From Bacillota bacterium (GTDB lineage Bacteria > Bacillota > Sulfobacillia > RBS10-35 > JAJYVN01), in contig JAJZXK010000001.1 in the NCBI GenBank assembly GCA_021806565.1, positions 100,072 to 164,071 of the forward strand: DNA of 64,000 bases. Reading direction: 5' to 3'. The number at the start of each line of letters is the position of its first letter. Position 1 is the stretch's first letter. The notes under the pieces are model-generated. The model was given only the letters and a program-made list of their open reading frames with translations, was not told the DNA's origin and searched no databases. Position numbers and translations under genes: made by a program. Below are positions 1 to 9,707 of this stretch, piece by piece.

Positions 1-817
1 TGGAGGCCAGAGTGGCGTTGAGGATCTGGGTGCCCTGCGCGTTGGCCAGGGTGATCGAGCTGGAGCTGACGCCGGTGACGCTGCCGGACCATGCCGTCTG
101 AGCCGCACCCGCGCCGCCCATGTAGAGCGGGGTACCGGTCGGGGTGCCCGAGGTGTAACCCGATTGCAGGGTGGGCGCGGCCACCGCGGCGTCGTACGTC
201 ATCTGTGCCACCTCACCGCGCGTCGCGGGCAGTTCGGCGACGAAGTGGACGCCCTGGGTCAGGTTGAGGTTGTACGCCGCGATGGTGTAGGCGCTTTGGA
301 AGCTGCCGCTGGGGACGGCGGCGGTGTCTCCGATGGCGCGAAGCAGGATCGCCGCCGCCTCGACCATCGTGATGTTCTGGTTGGCCTGGAAGGTTCCGTC
401 TGGGTACCCCTGGATCAGTTTCTGACCCTGGGCGTAGTTCACATAGCCCCAGGCCCACGTCGGGATCTGGGCGCCGTCTTTGAAGGACGGCGTGAGGTTG
501 GACAGCGCCGCGGCGGCCTGCTGCGCCTTGGGGCCGAGCAGCCGGACGACGGCCGCCGTGAACTCCGCGCGGGTGATCTGGTTTTGCGGCTGGAAGGTGC
601 CGTTGGGGTACCCGTTGAGCACGCCTTCTGCCGTGAGGAACTCGATGGCGGTCACGTGCGCGTTTCCGGTGACGTCGCTGTAGGGAATCGGTGCGGCGCT
701 CTGTGCCATGGCTGCCGGCGCCAGCGCCAGACTGCCGGTCACGGCGAGGCCTGCGCAGACCGCGGCCAGCCGTGCCGGGATGCGGCGCGGCCTTCTGCCT
801 GCGGCGTCGGTCTTCAT
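1..817 (-). CDS. SLH-domain (S-layer homology) cell-surface protein, partial (C-terminus beyond window start)
   Basis: Reverse-strand translation from ATG (comp. 815-817) gives a signal peptide (MKTDAAGRRPRRIPARLAAVCAGLAVTGSLALAPAAMAQ). Two SLH repeats follow (DVTGNAHVTAIEFLTAEGVLNGYPNGTFQPQNQITRAEF..; ..GYPDGTFQANQNITMVEAAAILLRAIG). GGAGG RBS upstream on the minus strand. No stop down to position 1. Confidence 0.6.
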   Translation of the reverse strand, partial: MKTDAAGRRPRRIPARLAAVCAGLAVTGSLALAPAAMAQSAAPIPYSDVTGNAHVTAIEFLTAEGVLNGYPNGTFQPQNQITRAEFTAAVVRLLGPKAQQAAAALSNLTPSFKDGAQIPTWAWGYVNYAQGQKLIQGYPDGTFQANQNITMVEAAAILLRAIGDTAAVPSGSFQSAYTIAAYNLNLTQGVHFVAELPATRGEVAQMTYDAAVAAPTLQSGYTSGTPTGTPLYMGGAGAAQTAWSGSVTGVSSSSITLANAQGTQILNATLAS

Positions 818-1124
818 AGGGACCCTCCTCCAATACGACACGGTGTGCGGCCTGTCCGCTGGGACGAAAAACCGGTGCGCGCGGTTCCATGCGGGACGCC
901 CCTAGCGTCGTCTTCCTTATTCTTCGGACACGGTGCGCCGCATCCGGGGGTGGCTCACCCACTCCAGGCAGCATCCGCCAGGGATGGCGTGCCCAACCAC
1001 GATTGTAAACGCAGCGCCGCGAGACGTCAGGAGGGGATTTCTGGAAGGCCGTGCATTCGCCCGGCAGGAGTCGGTGGCTGTGGGAGCGAACACCTGCACC
1101 TACGATCGGGCACGTGTTCGGCCG

Positions 1125-1745
1125 ATGGTCCCAGTGCGGACGCGAGCGGGGGGTGCCGTTATCACGCAGCGTCTTTTCATCGGGGTGCCCTGTGCCGGTC
1201 CCGCTCCGGAATTGGATGCGTACCTCGGGGCGCTGGCGGCACCGCAGTGGCGGATGGTGCCGCGGGCCCAGCGGCACTGGACGCTTGCGTTTCTCGGTCC
1301 GCAGCCGGACGAGGTGGTGGCGCCGCTGATCACGGCCCTGGATTCGGGTCTGGAGCGCCAGGCGGCCTTCCGGCTCGATTTGGCCGGTCTCGGGGCGTTC
1401 CCCAGCGGGAGGCGACCGACCTCGCTGTGGGTCGGGTGCACCTCTGGACAGGATCGTCTTGAGCCGCTGAGCCAAGCGGTGCGGGACGCGGTGCGCGCGG
1501 CCGGTCTGGCGGTGGATCCCCGGCCCCTGCGGCCCCACGTCACGGTGGCGCGGCGCCGGGCGCATGCGGAGCCGGCCGTCGCCGCCCGGGGCGGCGAGGC
1601 CTGGATTCAAGGCGGCGAGGGCCGCAGTTGGGGTCGGGTGGAGGTTTCCCAGGTGGTGCTCTGGCGGTCGGACCTCGAACCGACCGGCGCACGGTACACG
1701 CCGCTACGCATTTGGCCGCTTGCCGGCCGCCCAGAGGTGCCATAA
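1125..1745 (+). CDS. thpR: RNA 2',3'-cyclic phosphodiesterase / 2'-5' RNA ligase family (2H phosphoesterase)
   Basis: Two H-x-T/S-x motifs (HWTLAFLG and HVTVARR) about 80 aa apart. Size ~200 aa. In-frame ATG at ~1125; the supplied ORF 933..1745 includes an upstream extension. Confidence 0.6.
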   Translation: MVPVRTRAGGAVITQRLFIGVPCAGPAPELDAYLGALAAPQWRMVPRAQRHWTLAFLGPQPDEVVAPLITALDSGLERQAAFRLDLAGLGAFPSGRRPTSLWVGCTSGQDRLEPLSQAVRDAVRAAGLAVDPRPLRPHVTVARRRAHAEPAVAARGGEAWIQGGEGRSWGRVEVSQVVLWRSDLEPTGARYTPLRIWPLAGRPEVP

Positions 1746-1784
1746 ACTGGTTTTCGGCCGCGAACGACGGGAGGTTTTCGCTGG

Positions 1785-2846
1785 ATGGATAAGGACAAGG
1801 CGCTGGAGACGGCGATCACGCAGATTGAGCGTCAGTTCGGAAAGGGTTCGATCATGAAGCTGGGCGAGGTCAGTAACCGGCTTCAGGTGGAGACGATCCC
1901 GTCGGGTTCGCTGGCCCTCGACATTGCCTTGGGCGTCGGTGGTCTGCCGCGGGGCCGCGTCGTCGAGATCTATGGCCATGAGTCCAGCGGCAAGACGACG
2001 CTCGCCCAGCACGCGATGGCGTCGGCCCAGCGGCTGGGGGGTATCGCCGCCATGGTGGACGCCGAGCATGCCCTGGATCCGGGCTATGCCGAACGGCTCG
2101 GTCTGGACGTGGAGAACCTGCTGATCTCCCAACCGGACACGGGTGAGCAGGCGCTGGAGATCGCCGAGGCCCTGGTCCGTTCCGGTGCCGTCGACGTGGT
2201 GGTCGTCGACTCGGTTGCGGCCCTGGTGCCGCGGGCGGAGTTGGAGGGCGAGATGGGCGACACCCATGTCGGCCTGCAGGCCCGCCTGATGTCACAGGCC
2301 CTGCGCAAGCTGGTCGGCGCAGTGAGCAAGTCCAAGACGTGCCTGATCTTCACCAACCAGATCCGCGAGAAGGTCGGGGTGATGTTCGGCTCGCCGGAGA
2401 CCACCCCCGGAGGCCGCGCCCTCAAGTTCTATTCTTCGGTGCGTCTCGAGGTGCGCCGCATCGAGACGCTCAAACAGGGACAGGAAACGACCGGCATCCG
2501 CGTTCGGGCGAAGGTCGTCAAGAACAAGGTGGCGCCGCCCTTCCGTGTGGCCGAGTTCGACATCCTTTATGGGAGCGGCATCTCCCACGAGGGAGACCTC
2601 ATCGACATCGGTTGCGAGTTGGGCGTGGTCTCCCGCTCCGGCACCTGGTATTCGCATGGCAGTGAGCGGCTTGGTCAGGGACGCGAGAATGCGCGCGAGT
2701 TTCTGCGCGGCCACGCGGAGGTGGCGGCGGCCATCGAACAGCGCATCCGTGAGGCGCAGCAGAACGGGCGCGCCGCGGTCGCCGCGCGGCCGGCGGCGAC
2801 GGACACGAACGATGATGTCGATGAGGACGAGGTGGCGGACGCTTGA
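1785..2846 (+). CDS. recA: recombinase RecA
   Basis: Canonical RecA sequence ([28 protein letters not shown]..., Walker [11 protein letters not shown]1/L2 loop regions). 353 aa. Confidence 0.97.
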   Translation: MDKDKALETAITQIERQFGKGSIMKLGEVSNRLQVETIPSGSLALDIALGVGGLPRGRVVEIYGHESSGKTTLAQHAMASAQRLGGIAAMVDAEHALDPGYAERLGLDVENLLISQPDTGEQALEIAEALVRSGAVDVVVVDSVAALVPRAELEGEMGDTHVGLQARLMSQALRKLVGAVSKSKTCLIFTNQIREKVGVMFGSPETTPGGRALKFYSSVRLEVRRIETLKQGQETTGIRVRAKVVKNKVAPPFRVAEFDILYGSGISHEGDLIDIGCELGVVSRSGTWYSHGSERLGQGRENAREFLRGHAEVAAAIEQRIREAQQNGRAAVAARPAATDTNDDVDEDEVADA

Positions 2847-3499
2847 GGCGTCAGCCGGCGCAACCGCCCGAGTGGCACCTGCCGCTGGAGCGGTTGGAGC
2901 CGCTGGCTGATGGCGGCGGGATTCGGATCCGGATCGGCGGCCGGACGCTCGGTACGGTGGACCCCGGAGTGCCGGCGGTCCTGGCGCTTGACGTCGGCCT
3001 GCCGGTGCCGCCGCAGGTGCGACCCGCCCTCGAGCGCGCCCTGGCCGAGTGGGCGGCCTGCGATGACGGGTTGCGGCTCTTGGCGCGCCGGCCGTACAGT
3101 TCGGCGCAACTGGAAAGGGCTCTGCGGCTGCGTCATGGGGCGGACGCGGCCGCGGTCGCGCTGGCCCGGCTGCGCGTCTACTTGGACGACGGTGCCTTTG
3201 CGCGAAGCTGGGCAGCATCGCGCCTGCGGGCGGGGCCTCGGGGGGCGACGGCCCTGACGGCCGGGTTGCGCCAGGCCGGTGTGGGGCACGTGGATACCGC
3301 CGCAGCTGTGGATGCGGCGCTGGCGGAGGCGGGAGGCGAACTGGCGCTATGCCAAACGGCCGCGCGGCGGTGGGTGGCCCGCCATGGCCGGCCCGCCGAC
3401 CGGCGCGCCGCGGCGCGGTTGTGGGCGCACCTGGCGCGCCGCGGTTTCGGCGGCGAGGTCATCTCGCGGACACTGGCTTCGGAGGGCGTGGGGGAGTAG
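2843..3499 (+). CDS. recX: recombination regulator RecX
   Basis: Immediately downstream of recA and overlapping it (TTG start overlapping the recA stop). ~218 aa Ala/Arg-rich helical-repeat protein consistent with RecX. Position conserved. Confidence 0.75.
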   Translation: MRRQPAQPPEWHLPLERLEPLADGGGIRIRIGGRTLGTVDPGVPAVLALDVGLPVPPQVRPALERALAEWAACDDGLRLLARRPYSSAQLERALRLRHGADAAAVALARLRVYLDDGAFARSWAASRLRAGPRGATALTAGLRQAGVGHVDTAAAVDAALAEAGGELALCQTAARRWVARHGRPADRRAAARLWAHLARRGFGGEVISRTLASEGVGE

Positions 3500-3553
3500 C
3501 CGCCTGCGCCGCGTGGCCGCGCATCGCGCCCAGGGCGGTCAGAGACGTCAAGG

Positions 3554-3583
3554 TTGACAACCGTCCCCGACGCCCCGTACACT
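3554..3583 (+). promoter_or_regulatory. sigma-A-type promoter (TTGACA-N18-TACACT) upstream of rny
   Basis: Perfect -35 TTGACA (3554-3559), 18-nt spacer, -10 TACACT (3578-3583), in the 340-nt intergenic region before RNase Y. Confidence 0.5.
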
Positions 3584-3837
3584 TTATCGGGTGTCATGGT
3601 CCTCCGCGTCCGTCGGCCTCGTTTTTGTGGACATGCACCACCGCCCCAGGGCGGGTCGGGCGCAGATGCAAAGGCAGGTGGCACCGGACGGTTGGTGGGG
3701 CCGGCCCTGAGTGGGCCGGTTTCTTTGTTTGTGGACCGGGTGTCGAACATCCCGCGACGGTACGGAAAAAACGGAACAGCGTGACCACGCGGCCTTTTCC
3801 GCTCCCGCCGCGGTGGGGGTGAACCGGGCTGAACGAC

Positions 3838-5370
3838 ATGGTGATCGGGGCGGCGTCCCTGGTCGCGTTGGTAGCGGGTGGTGCGGCCGGTTACACCGTC
3901 CGCAAGCGGACGGCGGAGGCGGCCATCGGATCGGCCGAAGCGGAGGCGGCGCGGCGCCTTGAGGTCGGCGAGAAGGAAGTGGAGGCCAAAAAGCGCGAGG
4001 TTTTGGTCGGGGCGCGGGAGGAGGTCCAGCGGCTCCGCCAGGAATTCGAGGTGGAGGTGCGCTCCCAGCGCGGCGAGCAGCAGAAGCTGGAAAATCGCCT
4101 GCTGCTGCGCGAGGAGGCTCTCGATCGCAAGTTGGAAGTTCTGGACGAGCGCGACGCCTCGATGCGCACCAAGGAGGCGGACATCGAGCGGCTGCGTCTG
4201 GAGCAGGACCGATTGCGCCTTGAGGCGCAGGCGGAGTTGGAGCGCGTCTCCGGTCTCAAGCGGGAGGATGCGCGCCAGATCCTGTTGCAGGGGGTGCGGG
4301 ACGAATCCCGCCGCGAGGCCGCCCTGATCGCGCGCGACATCGAAAACGAGGCCCGCGCGGATGCGGACCGCCAAGCCAAGGAGATCCTGGCGATGGCGGT
4401 GCAGCGGTGTGCGGCGGACCATGTGGCGGAGACGACGGTCTCCGTGGTCAGCCTGCCTTCCGACGACATGAAGGGCAGGATCATCGGGCGCGAGGGGCGC
4501 AATATCCGCACCTTCGAGGCCCTCACCGGGGTGGACGTGATCATCGATGACACGCCGGAAACGGTGGTGGTGTCCGCGTTCGACCCCGTCCGGCGCGAGA
4601 AGGCGAAGCTCACCCTGCAGAAGCTGATCGCCGACGGGCGCATTCATCCAGCGCGCATCGAGGAGATGTATGGCAAGGCCGAAAAGGAAGTCGAACAGCG
4701 GATGCGCGAGGAGGGGGAACGCGCCTGCGAGGAGGTCGGCGTGGTGCGGCTGCACCGCGAACTCGTCGACATCCTCGGGAGGCTGCGCTTTCGCACCTCC
4801 TACGGGCAGAACGTGCTGAAGCATTCCGTCGAAGTCGCGCACCTGGCCGGGTTGATGGCGGCGCAGTTGGGTGCCGATGTCGCACTGGCCAAGCGGGCGG
4901 GGCTGGTGCACGACATCGGCAAAGCGATGGACCACAGCGTGGAGGGCACGCACATCACCATCGGCATGGATCTTCTGCGCCGGTTCGGCGAGTCCGAGGA
5001 TGTGGTGCACGCGATGTGCACCCACCATGGCGATTACGAGGCGCACTCCCTGGAGGCCGTCCTTGTGACCGCGGCCGACAAGCTCTCCGCTTCACGCCCG
5101 GGTGCGAGGCGCGAAACCCTTGAGGCATACATCGAACGGCTGCAGAAGCTGGAAGAGATCGCCGAATCGTTCCAGGGAGTGGAAAAGTCGTTCGCCATCT
5201 CGGCCGGTCGCGAGATCCGCATCGCAGTCAAGCCGGATCAGATCGACGACGCAGAAGCCTTCCAACTGGTGCGCGCGGTGTGCAAGCGCATCGAGGACGA
5301 GATGCGCTATCCCGGTCAGATCAAGGTGACGGTTATCCGGGAGACCCGGGCGGTAGAGTACGCGAAGTGA
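3838..5370 (+). CDS. rny: ribonuclease Y (N-terminal TM, coiled coil, KH and HD domains)
   Basis: N-terminal hydrophobic anchor [19 protein letters not shown], long coiled coil, KH motif ([13 protein letters not shown]) and HD domain ([13 protein letters not shown]...HDIGK). 510 aa. Followed by ymdB as in Bacillus. Confidence 0.93.
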   Translation: MVIGAASLVALVAGGAAGYTVRKRTAEAAIGSAEAEAARRLEVGEKEVEAKKREVLVGAREEVQRLRQEFEVEVRSQRGEQQKLENRLLLREEALDRKLEVLDERDASMRTKEADIERLRLEQDRLRLEAQAELERVSGLKREDARQILLQGVRDESRREAALIARDIENEARADADRQAKEILAMAVQRCAADHVAETTVSVVSLPSDDMKGRIIGREGRNIRTFEALTGVDVIIDDTPETVVVSAFDPVRREKAKLTLQKLIADGRIHPARIEEMYGKAEKEVEQRMREEGERACEEVGVVRLHRELVDILGRLRFRTSYGQNVLKHSVEVAHLAGLMAAQLGADVALAKRAGLVHDIGKAMDHSVEGTHITIGMDLLRRFGESEDVVHAMCTHHGDYEAHSLEAVLVTAADKLSASRPGARRETLEAYIERLQKLEEIAESFQGVEKSFAISAGREIRIAVKPDQIDDAEAFQLVRAVCKRIEDEMRYPGQIKVTVIRETRAVEYAK

Positions 5371-5416
5371 GGTGGCCGGGGGCGACCGCCCCTGGTTTCG
5401 CGCGGGGGGCGGAATC

Positions 5417-6244
5417 GTGCGGATCCTGTTCGTCGGCGATGTGGTCGGTAAGCCGGGAAGGACCATCCTCCGGCAACGATTGCCCGAGTTGCGCCGCACA
5501 TACAGCCCGGAACTGGTGGTCGTCAATGCCGAAAACGCCGCCGGAGGTGTCGGTCTGACCCCGCCCACCGCGCGGGAACTGCTGGCCATGGGCGTCGACG
5601 CCCTGACCCTGGGAAACCATGCGTGGGACAAGCGTGAACTGGCTCCGGCGATGGATGAGTTTCCCCAGTTGCTGCGCCCGGCGAACTTCCCGCCCGGAAC
5701 GCCGGGGCGGGGGGCGATGACCGTGCGGACACGGTCGGGGGCCAGGGTGGGCATCGTCAACGCGATGGGCCGGGTCTTTTCCGGGGCGCACCTGGACTGC
5801 CCCTTTCGCGCCATGGACCAGGCCTTAGAGGAGTTGGCGGGTCAGACACCGCTCATTCTGGTCGACTTCCACGCCGAGGCGACTTCTGAGAAGACGGCGA
5901 TGGGATGGTTTCTCGACGGGCGCGTCACCGCGGTGGTCGGCACCCACACGCACATCCAGACGGCCGATGCCGCGGTGCTGCCGGGGGGAACCGCTTACAT
6001 CACGGACGTCGGGATGACCGGCCCTTGGTTGTCGTGTCTGGGCGTGGAGCGGGGCCGCGTGCTGGAGCGGTTCCTGACCCAGATGCCGGTCCGTTTCGAC
6101 GTCGCGCCCGGGCCGTGCCAGTTGAACGCCGTGGTGGTGGACGCCGATCCCGCATCGGGTAAGGCCGCGGCGATCACCCCGCTGTATTGGCGCGAGCCCC
6201 TGGATGCCGGGGCCGGGGCCGGATCCGAGCCGTCTGGATCCTGA
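5417..6244 (+). CDS. ymdB: YmdB-family metallophosphoesterase (2',3'-cNMP phosphodiesterase)
   Basis: VRILFVGDVVGKPGR...VVVNAENAAGGVGLT...GNHAWDK motifs of TIGR00282/YmdB. Conserved position after rny. GTG start at 5417 preferred over the upstream ORF extension. Confidence 0.85.
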   Translation: MRILFVGDVVGKPGRTILRQRLPELRRTYSPELVVVNAENAAGGVGLTPPTARELLAMGVDALTLGNHAWDKRELAPAMDEFPQLLRPANFPPGTPGRGAMTVRTRSGARVGIVNAMGRVFSGAHLDCPFRAMDQALEELAGQTPLILVDFHAEATSEKTAMGWFLDGRVTAVVGTHTHIQTADAAVLPGGTAYITDVGMTGPWLSCLGVERGRVLERFLTQMPVRFDVAPGPCQLNAVVVDADPASGKAAAITPLYWREPLDAGAGAGSEPSGS

Positions 6245-6248
6245 CCAA

Positions 6249-6276
6249 AGGGGCGCGGCGCAAGCCCCTGTCTTTA
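6249..6276 (+). terminator. putative intrinsic terminator of ymdB (GC hairpin + TGTCTTT)
   Basis: AGGGGCgcggcgcaaGCCCCT hairpin 5 nt after the ymdB stop, followed by the T-rich TGTCTTT. Could alternatively be the left-end hairpin of the adjacent IS. Confidence 0.45.
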
Positions 6277-6279
6277 GGC

Positions 6280-7540
6280 ATGTTAACCTCTTTGCATCAA
6301 ACGTGGTGTAGTGCAAGGCATGGAGCGCAAGGCGTACAAGTACCGCTTCTACCCGACCGAGGACCAGGCGCGCGAACTGGCGCGGACCCTTGGCTGCGTG
6401 CGGTACGTGTATAACTGGGCGCTTGCTTTGCGCACGGAGGCGTGGTTTGAGCGTCACGAACGCATTGATTACGCTGAGACAGATCGGCTTCTGGTCCGCA
6501 TGAAGAAGGATCCCGACAGGGCATGGTTGGCGGAGGTCTCCTGCGTACCGCTTCAGCAGTCGCTGCGTCACCTCAATGCCGCCTTCGTCAACTTCTTCGC
6601 GGGTCGCGCCAAGTACCCGCGCTTCCATCGCAAGCACGACCGGCAAGGCACCACATATCGCATCGGTGGCTTCCAGTGGAAAAACGGAACCCTCGCGTTG
6701 GTCAAGATGGACGACCCCATGAACATCCGCTGGACACGACCAGTCGGGGCGGAGTCGACCAGCGTTACCATCAGCAAGGACCCCGCTGGCCGCCGCTTTG
6801 TCTCCTTCTCGACGGAGGAGGAGATTACCCCGCTGCCCGTGGTCAACGCCACGGTGGGGATCGATCTCGGACCGCTGGACGCGGTAGCCATGAGCACTGG
6901 AGAGAAGGTGGGGAACGAGCGGTTCTTCCGGCGGGACGAACAGCGGTTGGCTCGGGCGCAACGGCGTCTGGCCCGCAGGCAGAAGGGATCGCGCAATCGC
7001 GGTAGGGTACGGCGGAAGGTGGCCCGCATCCATGCCCGCATCGCCGACCGGCGGCAGGACTTCACGCACAAGCTCACCACGCGCATCATCCACGAAAACC
7101 AAGTGGTGTGCGCCGAGGGATTGAGCGTGAAGGGCATGCTGGCCCATCCGACGCTCGCCACGAGCATCGGGCTGGGGCGAACTCCTGCGGCAACTGGAGT
7201 ACAAGGCGCGGAGGTACGGCCGCACCTTCGTCCAGATCGACCGCTTCTATCCCAGCAGCAAACGGTGTCACGCCTGTGGGCACGTCGTCGAATGGCTGCC
7301 CCTGGACGTTCGGCATTGGGAGTGCCCTGCATGTAAGGTGGCACTCGACCGGGTCGTTAACGCCGCGCAGAACATCAAAGATGCGGGGCTCGCGGAACTG
7401 GCCGCCGGGCTGGCGGTGTCTGCCGGTGGAGGGGACGTAAGACCCGCTCGGAAACGGGTGGGCGGACCCCGGCGAAGCAGGAAGCCCCGGTGAACGATCA
7501 CCGAGAATCCCCCGGCTGTGGCCGTGGGGGGGGAGTTCAA
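6280..7540 (+). mobile_element. IS200/IS605-family (IS1341-like, tnpB-only) insertion element
   Basis: Contains a single TnpB (OrfB) gene with no tnpA. Locally lower GC. GC hairpins at both flanks (6249-6269 and CCCCCggctgtggccgtGGGGG at ~7508-7530). Boundaries approximate. Confidence 0.55.
6320..7493 (+). pseudogene. tnpB: IS605-family transposase-associated TnpB (OrfB, RuvC-like RNA-guided nuclease), frameshifted
   Basis: N-terminus MERKAYKYRFYPTEDQARELARTLGCVRYVYNWAL is the typical OrfB_IS605 N-terminus. A +1 frameshift in a G-run at ~7169-7171 (agcatcGGGctg). The downstream frame (7170..7493) encodes GWGELLRQLEYKARRYGRTFVQIDRFYPSSKRCHACGHVVEWLPLDVRHWECPACKVALDRVVNAAQNIK (the OrfB zinc-finger CxxC...CxxC). 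Full length ~391 aa if the frame is repaired. Confidence 0.75.
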
Positions 7541-7563
7541 GAAAGCTGATGGGGGGCGCAGTT

Positions 7564-8556
7564 ATGGACCGTGATGCCGATGCCCTGCACCGCGCCGCGG
7601 TGGTCGTGGACGCCCATGTGGACACGGTGTTGGCCCTGGAGGCCGGCCGTGACTTCTATCGCGGCGGTTCCGGGGGGCACGTCGACCTGCCGCGCTTGCG
7701 TGCCGGCGGCGTCGATGTCCAGGTGTTCGCCCTCTACCTCGAGCCCGCCTATAAACCGGAACGGGCCCTGGCGCGCGTGCTTGCGTTGCGGGACCGGTTG
7801 CTGCGCACCTTCGCGGCGGGCGGCGGTGCGGTGCGCCTGTGCCGCGACGGCGCCGATCTGGATGCGGCGCTGGCCGCCGGCCAGCTCGCGGCGGTCCTTT
7901 CCGTGGAGGGCGGGGAGGCCGTCGGCACCGACCTTGCCCTGCTGCGCGCCCTGCACGACCTGGACGTCCGGGCCATGGGCCTTACCTGGAATCAGCGCAA
8001 CGCCATCGCCGACGGGGCGGGTGAGGATCGCGCCCAGGGAGGCCTGACGGCGTTCGGCCGGCGCGTCGTGGCGGAGATGGACCGCCTGGGGATGGTGGTC
8101 GATGTCTCCCACCTGTGCGCCCGTTCGTTCTGGGACGTGCTGGAATGCGGCGGGATGCCGCGCTTTGCCTCGCATTCTAACTGCCGCGCCCTGTGCGACC
8201 ACGTGCGCAACCTCGACGACGCCCAGATCCGCGCCCTGGCGATGACGGGCGGCGTTATGGGCATGAACTTCTTCGCCGACTTCCTGGATCAGGACCCGGC
8301 GCGGGCCGATGTGGGGCGGGTGTGTGACCACATCGACCACATCTGCGGCCTGGTCGGCCCGCGCCATGTCGGGCTCGGTTCGGATTTCGACGGCATCCAG
8401 CGTACCCCGCGCGGGCTGGAGGACGTCGGCCGCCTGCCTGCGCTCACGCGGGAACTGGTGCGCCGTGGCTATCGCCAGGCGGACATCGAGGCGATCCTGG
8501 GCGGCAATGTGCTGCGCCTGTTGCGTGCCGTCTGGGCGGGCGGGGCGGCCGGGTAG
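7564..8556 (+). CDS. membrane dipeptidase (peptidase M19 / renal dipeptidase family)
   Basis: VVDAHVDTVLAL...HVDLPRLRAGGVDVQVFALY...VDVSHL...GLGSDFDGI. M19 dipeptidase signature regions. ~330 aa. Confidence 0.8.
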   Translation: MDRDADALHRAAVVVDAHVDTVLALEAGRDFYRGGSGGHVDLPRLRAGGVDVQVFALYLEPAYKPERALARVLALRDRLLRTFAAGGGAVRLCRDGADLDAALAAGQLAAVLSVEGGEAVGTDLALLRALHDLDVRAMGLTWNQRNAIADGAGEDRAQGGLTAFGRRVVAEMDRLGMVVDVSHLCARSFWDVLECGGMPRFASHSNCRALCDHVRNLDDAQIRALAMTGGVMGMNFFADFLDQDPARADVGRVCDHIDHICGLVGPRHVGLGSDFDGIQRTPRGLEDVGRLPALTRELVRRGYRQADIEAILGGNVLRLLRAVWAGGAAG

Positions 8557-8606
8557 TCTGATATCCCTCCCCGGCATACTACTGCCGGGCGAGGGGGGAC
8601 CAACCG

Positions 8607-8833
8607 TGCGGCGGGCGGCGGAATCGGCGGACGTGCTTCCGCTGGACGCTTCGGAGTTGGCTCGCAGGGTTGACGCCCTGGAGCGGGAACTGGATCGTTT
8701 GCGCCGCAGTCGGCGCGTCCTGATGGAGTTGCTCTGGCGCCTGGATCGCGACTGGCGGGCCCGCGAGGTTGCGCTGGAGGCCGCAAACCGCCGTCTGTGG
8801 GAACTCGGCCGACGGACCGACGGGGTTCCCTGA
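8607..8833 (+). CDS. small coiled-coil hypothetical protein
   Basis: 75-aa ORF (GTG start) with heptad-like LARRVDALERELDRLRRSRRVLMELLWRL. No recognisable family. Could be spurious in high-GC DNA. Confidence 0.25.
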
Positions 8834-8949
8834 CGTCCCGATCCGTGTCCGGGCCGGCCCGCGCACCGGACGCGACACGAGCACAGTGGGGAGGGAAGCG
8901 GCGCCACCGCCGTCGCCACGAGGCCGGTGTTTTTCGCGCCGCGCGACGT

Positions 8950-9546
8950 ATGGACACTGACCACCGGGCCCAGACGCCGCCTGCGGCGGATGCCGTCACG
9001 GCCGGGCCAGTTGCGGATGCGAACCCGCCGGTCGAAGGTGCGGCTGTCCCCGAAGTGGCAGCGGCGGCCGCGCCGCTCCTGCCGGAAGGGGACACGGTAG
9101 GCTTCGCACGCGCCTGTGAGCTCCTGGGGTTGACACCGCACGTGTTGCGCCGGCTGCTGGACGACTTTGAAGATGTCCTGCCGCCGGTCCGCGCCGATGG
9201 CGGAGAGCGCGGCCTGGCACCGGGCGCCATGCCGATCCTGGCCGCGATCGCAGGCTGGCGCGCCGCGGGGATGGCCCACGAAGAGGTCCATCATCGGGCT
9301 CAGATGATGGCCACGCAGGGCGGCGCGCCGGCCGCGGAAAGCGGAAGCGAGCGGCTTGTGGCGGAGATCGCACGGGTGCACGCCGAGCTGCTGCGCTCGG
9401 AGCAGCAGCGGGGTGAAGACCGCGACCGCCTGCTGACCGCCCTGATGCGCACCCAGCAAGAACTCGCGAGCCTGCGCCTGGAACTGACGTCCCGCCAGCG
9501 GAGCGACCGCAGGCGCGGCTTCTTTGCCCGGCTGTTTGGTGGGTGA
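8950..9546 (+). CDS. MerR-like HTH DNA-binding protein with C-terminal coiled coil
   Basis: Segment TVGFARACELLGLTPHVLRRLLDDFEDVL resembles a MerR-type HTH. C-terminal AEIARVHAELLRSEQQRGEDRDRLLTALMRTQQELASLRLEL is a coiled coil. ATG at 8950 chosen. Confidence 0.4.
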   Translation: MDTDHRAQTPPAADAVTAGPVADANPPVEGAAVPEVAAAAAPLLPEGDTVGFARACELLGLTPHVLRRLLDDFEDVLPPVRADGGERGLAPGAMPILAAIAGWRAAGMAHEEVHHRAQMMATQGGAPAAESGSERLVAEIARVHAELLRSEQQRGEDRDRLLTALMRTQQELASLRLELTSRQRSDRRRGFFARLFGG

Positions 9547-9584
9547 GATCGGGCCGCGGTGGCGCCCGGGGCCCATACCGGCGG

Positions 9585-9683
9585 TCAGCCGGATCGCGCG
9601 CGGGACGGGAAGAGCATCAGGAAATATGCCATCATACTAAGGGCGAGCACCACGACCAATGCCCACGCGAAAACGCGTGACAC
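9585..9683 (-). CDS. small hydrophobic peptide (32 aa), possible membrane micro-protein
   Basis: GTG-initiated ORF encoding VSRVFAWALVVVLALSMMAYFLMLFPSRARSG, directly downstream of the SDR gene on the same strand. Single predicted TM helix. Low confidence. Confidence 0.2.
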   Translation of the reverse strand: MSRVFAWALVVVLALSMMAYFLMLFPSRARSG

Positions 9684-9707
9684 CCGTTTCCTGCCGCGCC
9701 GCACCTT

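Noticed and set aside
213-1610. 465-aa minus-strand ORF and 432-aa plus-strand ORF (164..1462) spanning the window start
   Set aside because: Arg/Pro/Gly-rich low-complexity translations typical of wrong-frame reads of high-GC DNA. The real genes here are the SLH protein (1..817, minus, different frame) and thpR.
3178-5046. 622-aa ORF antisense to rny/recX
   Set aside because: Antisense to two well-supported genes. Composition (R/P/G/A-rich) and lack of motifs indicate a spurious open frame.
7537-9576. 679-aa minus-strand ORF antisense to the dipeptidase and downstream genes
   Set aside because: Same reasoning. Overlaps a well-supported M19 dipeptidase on the other strand and has no domain signatures.
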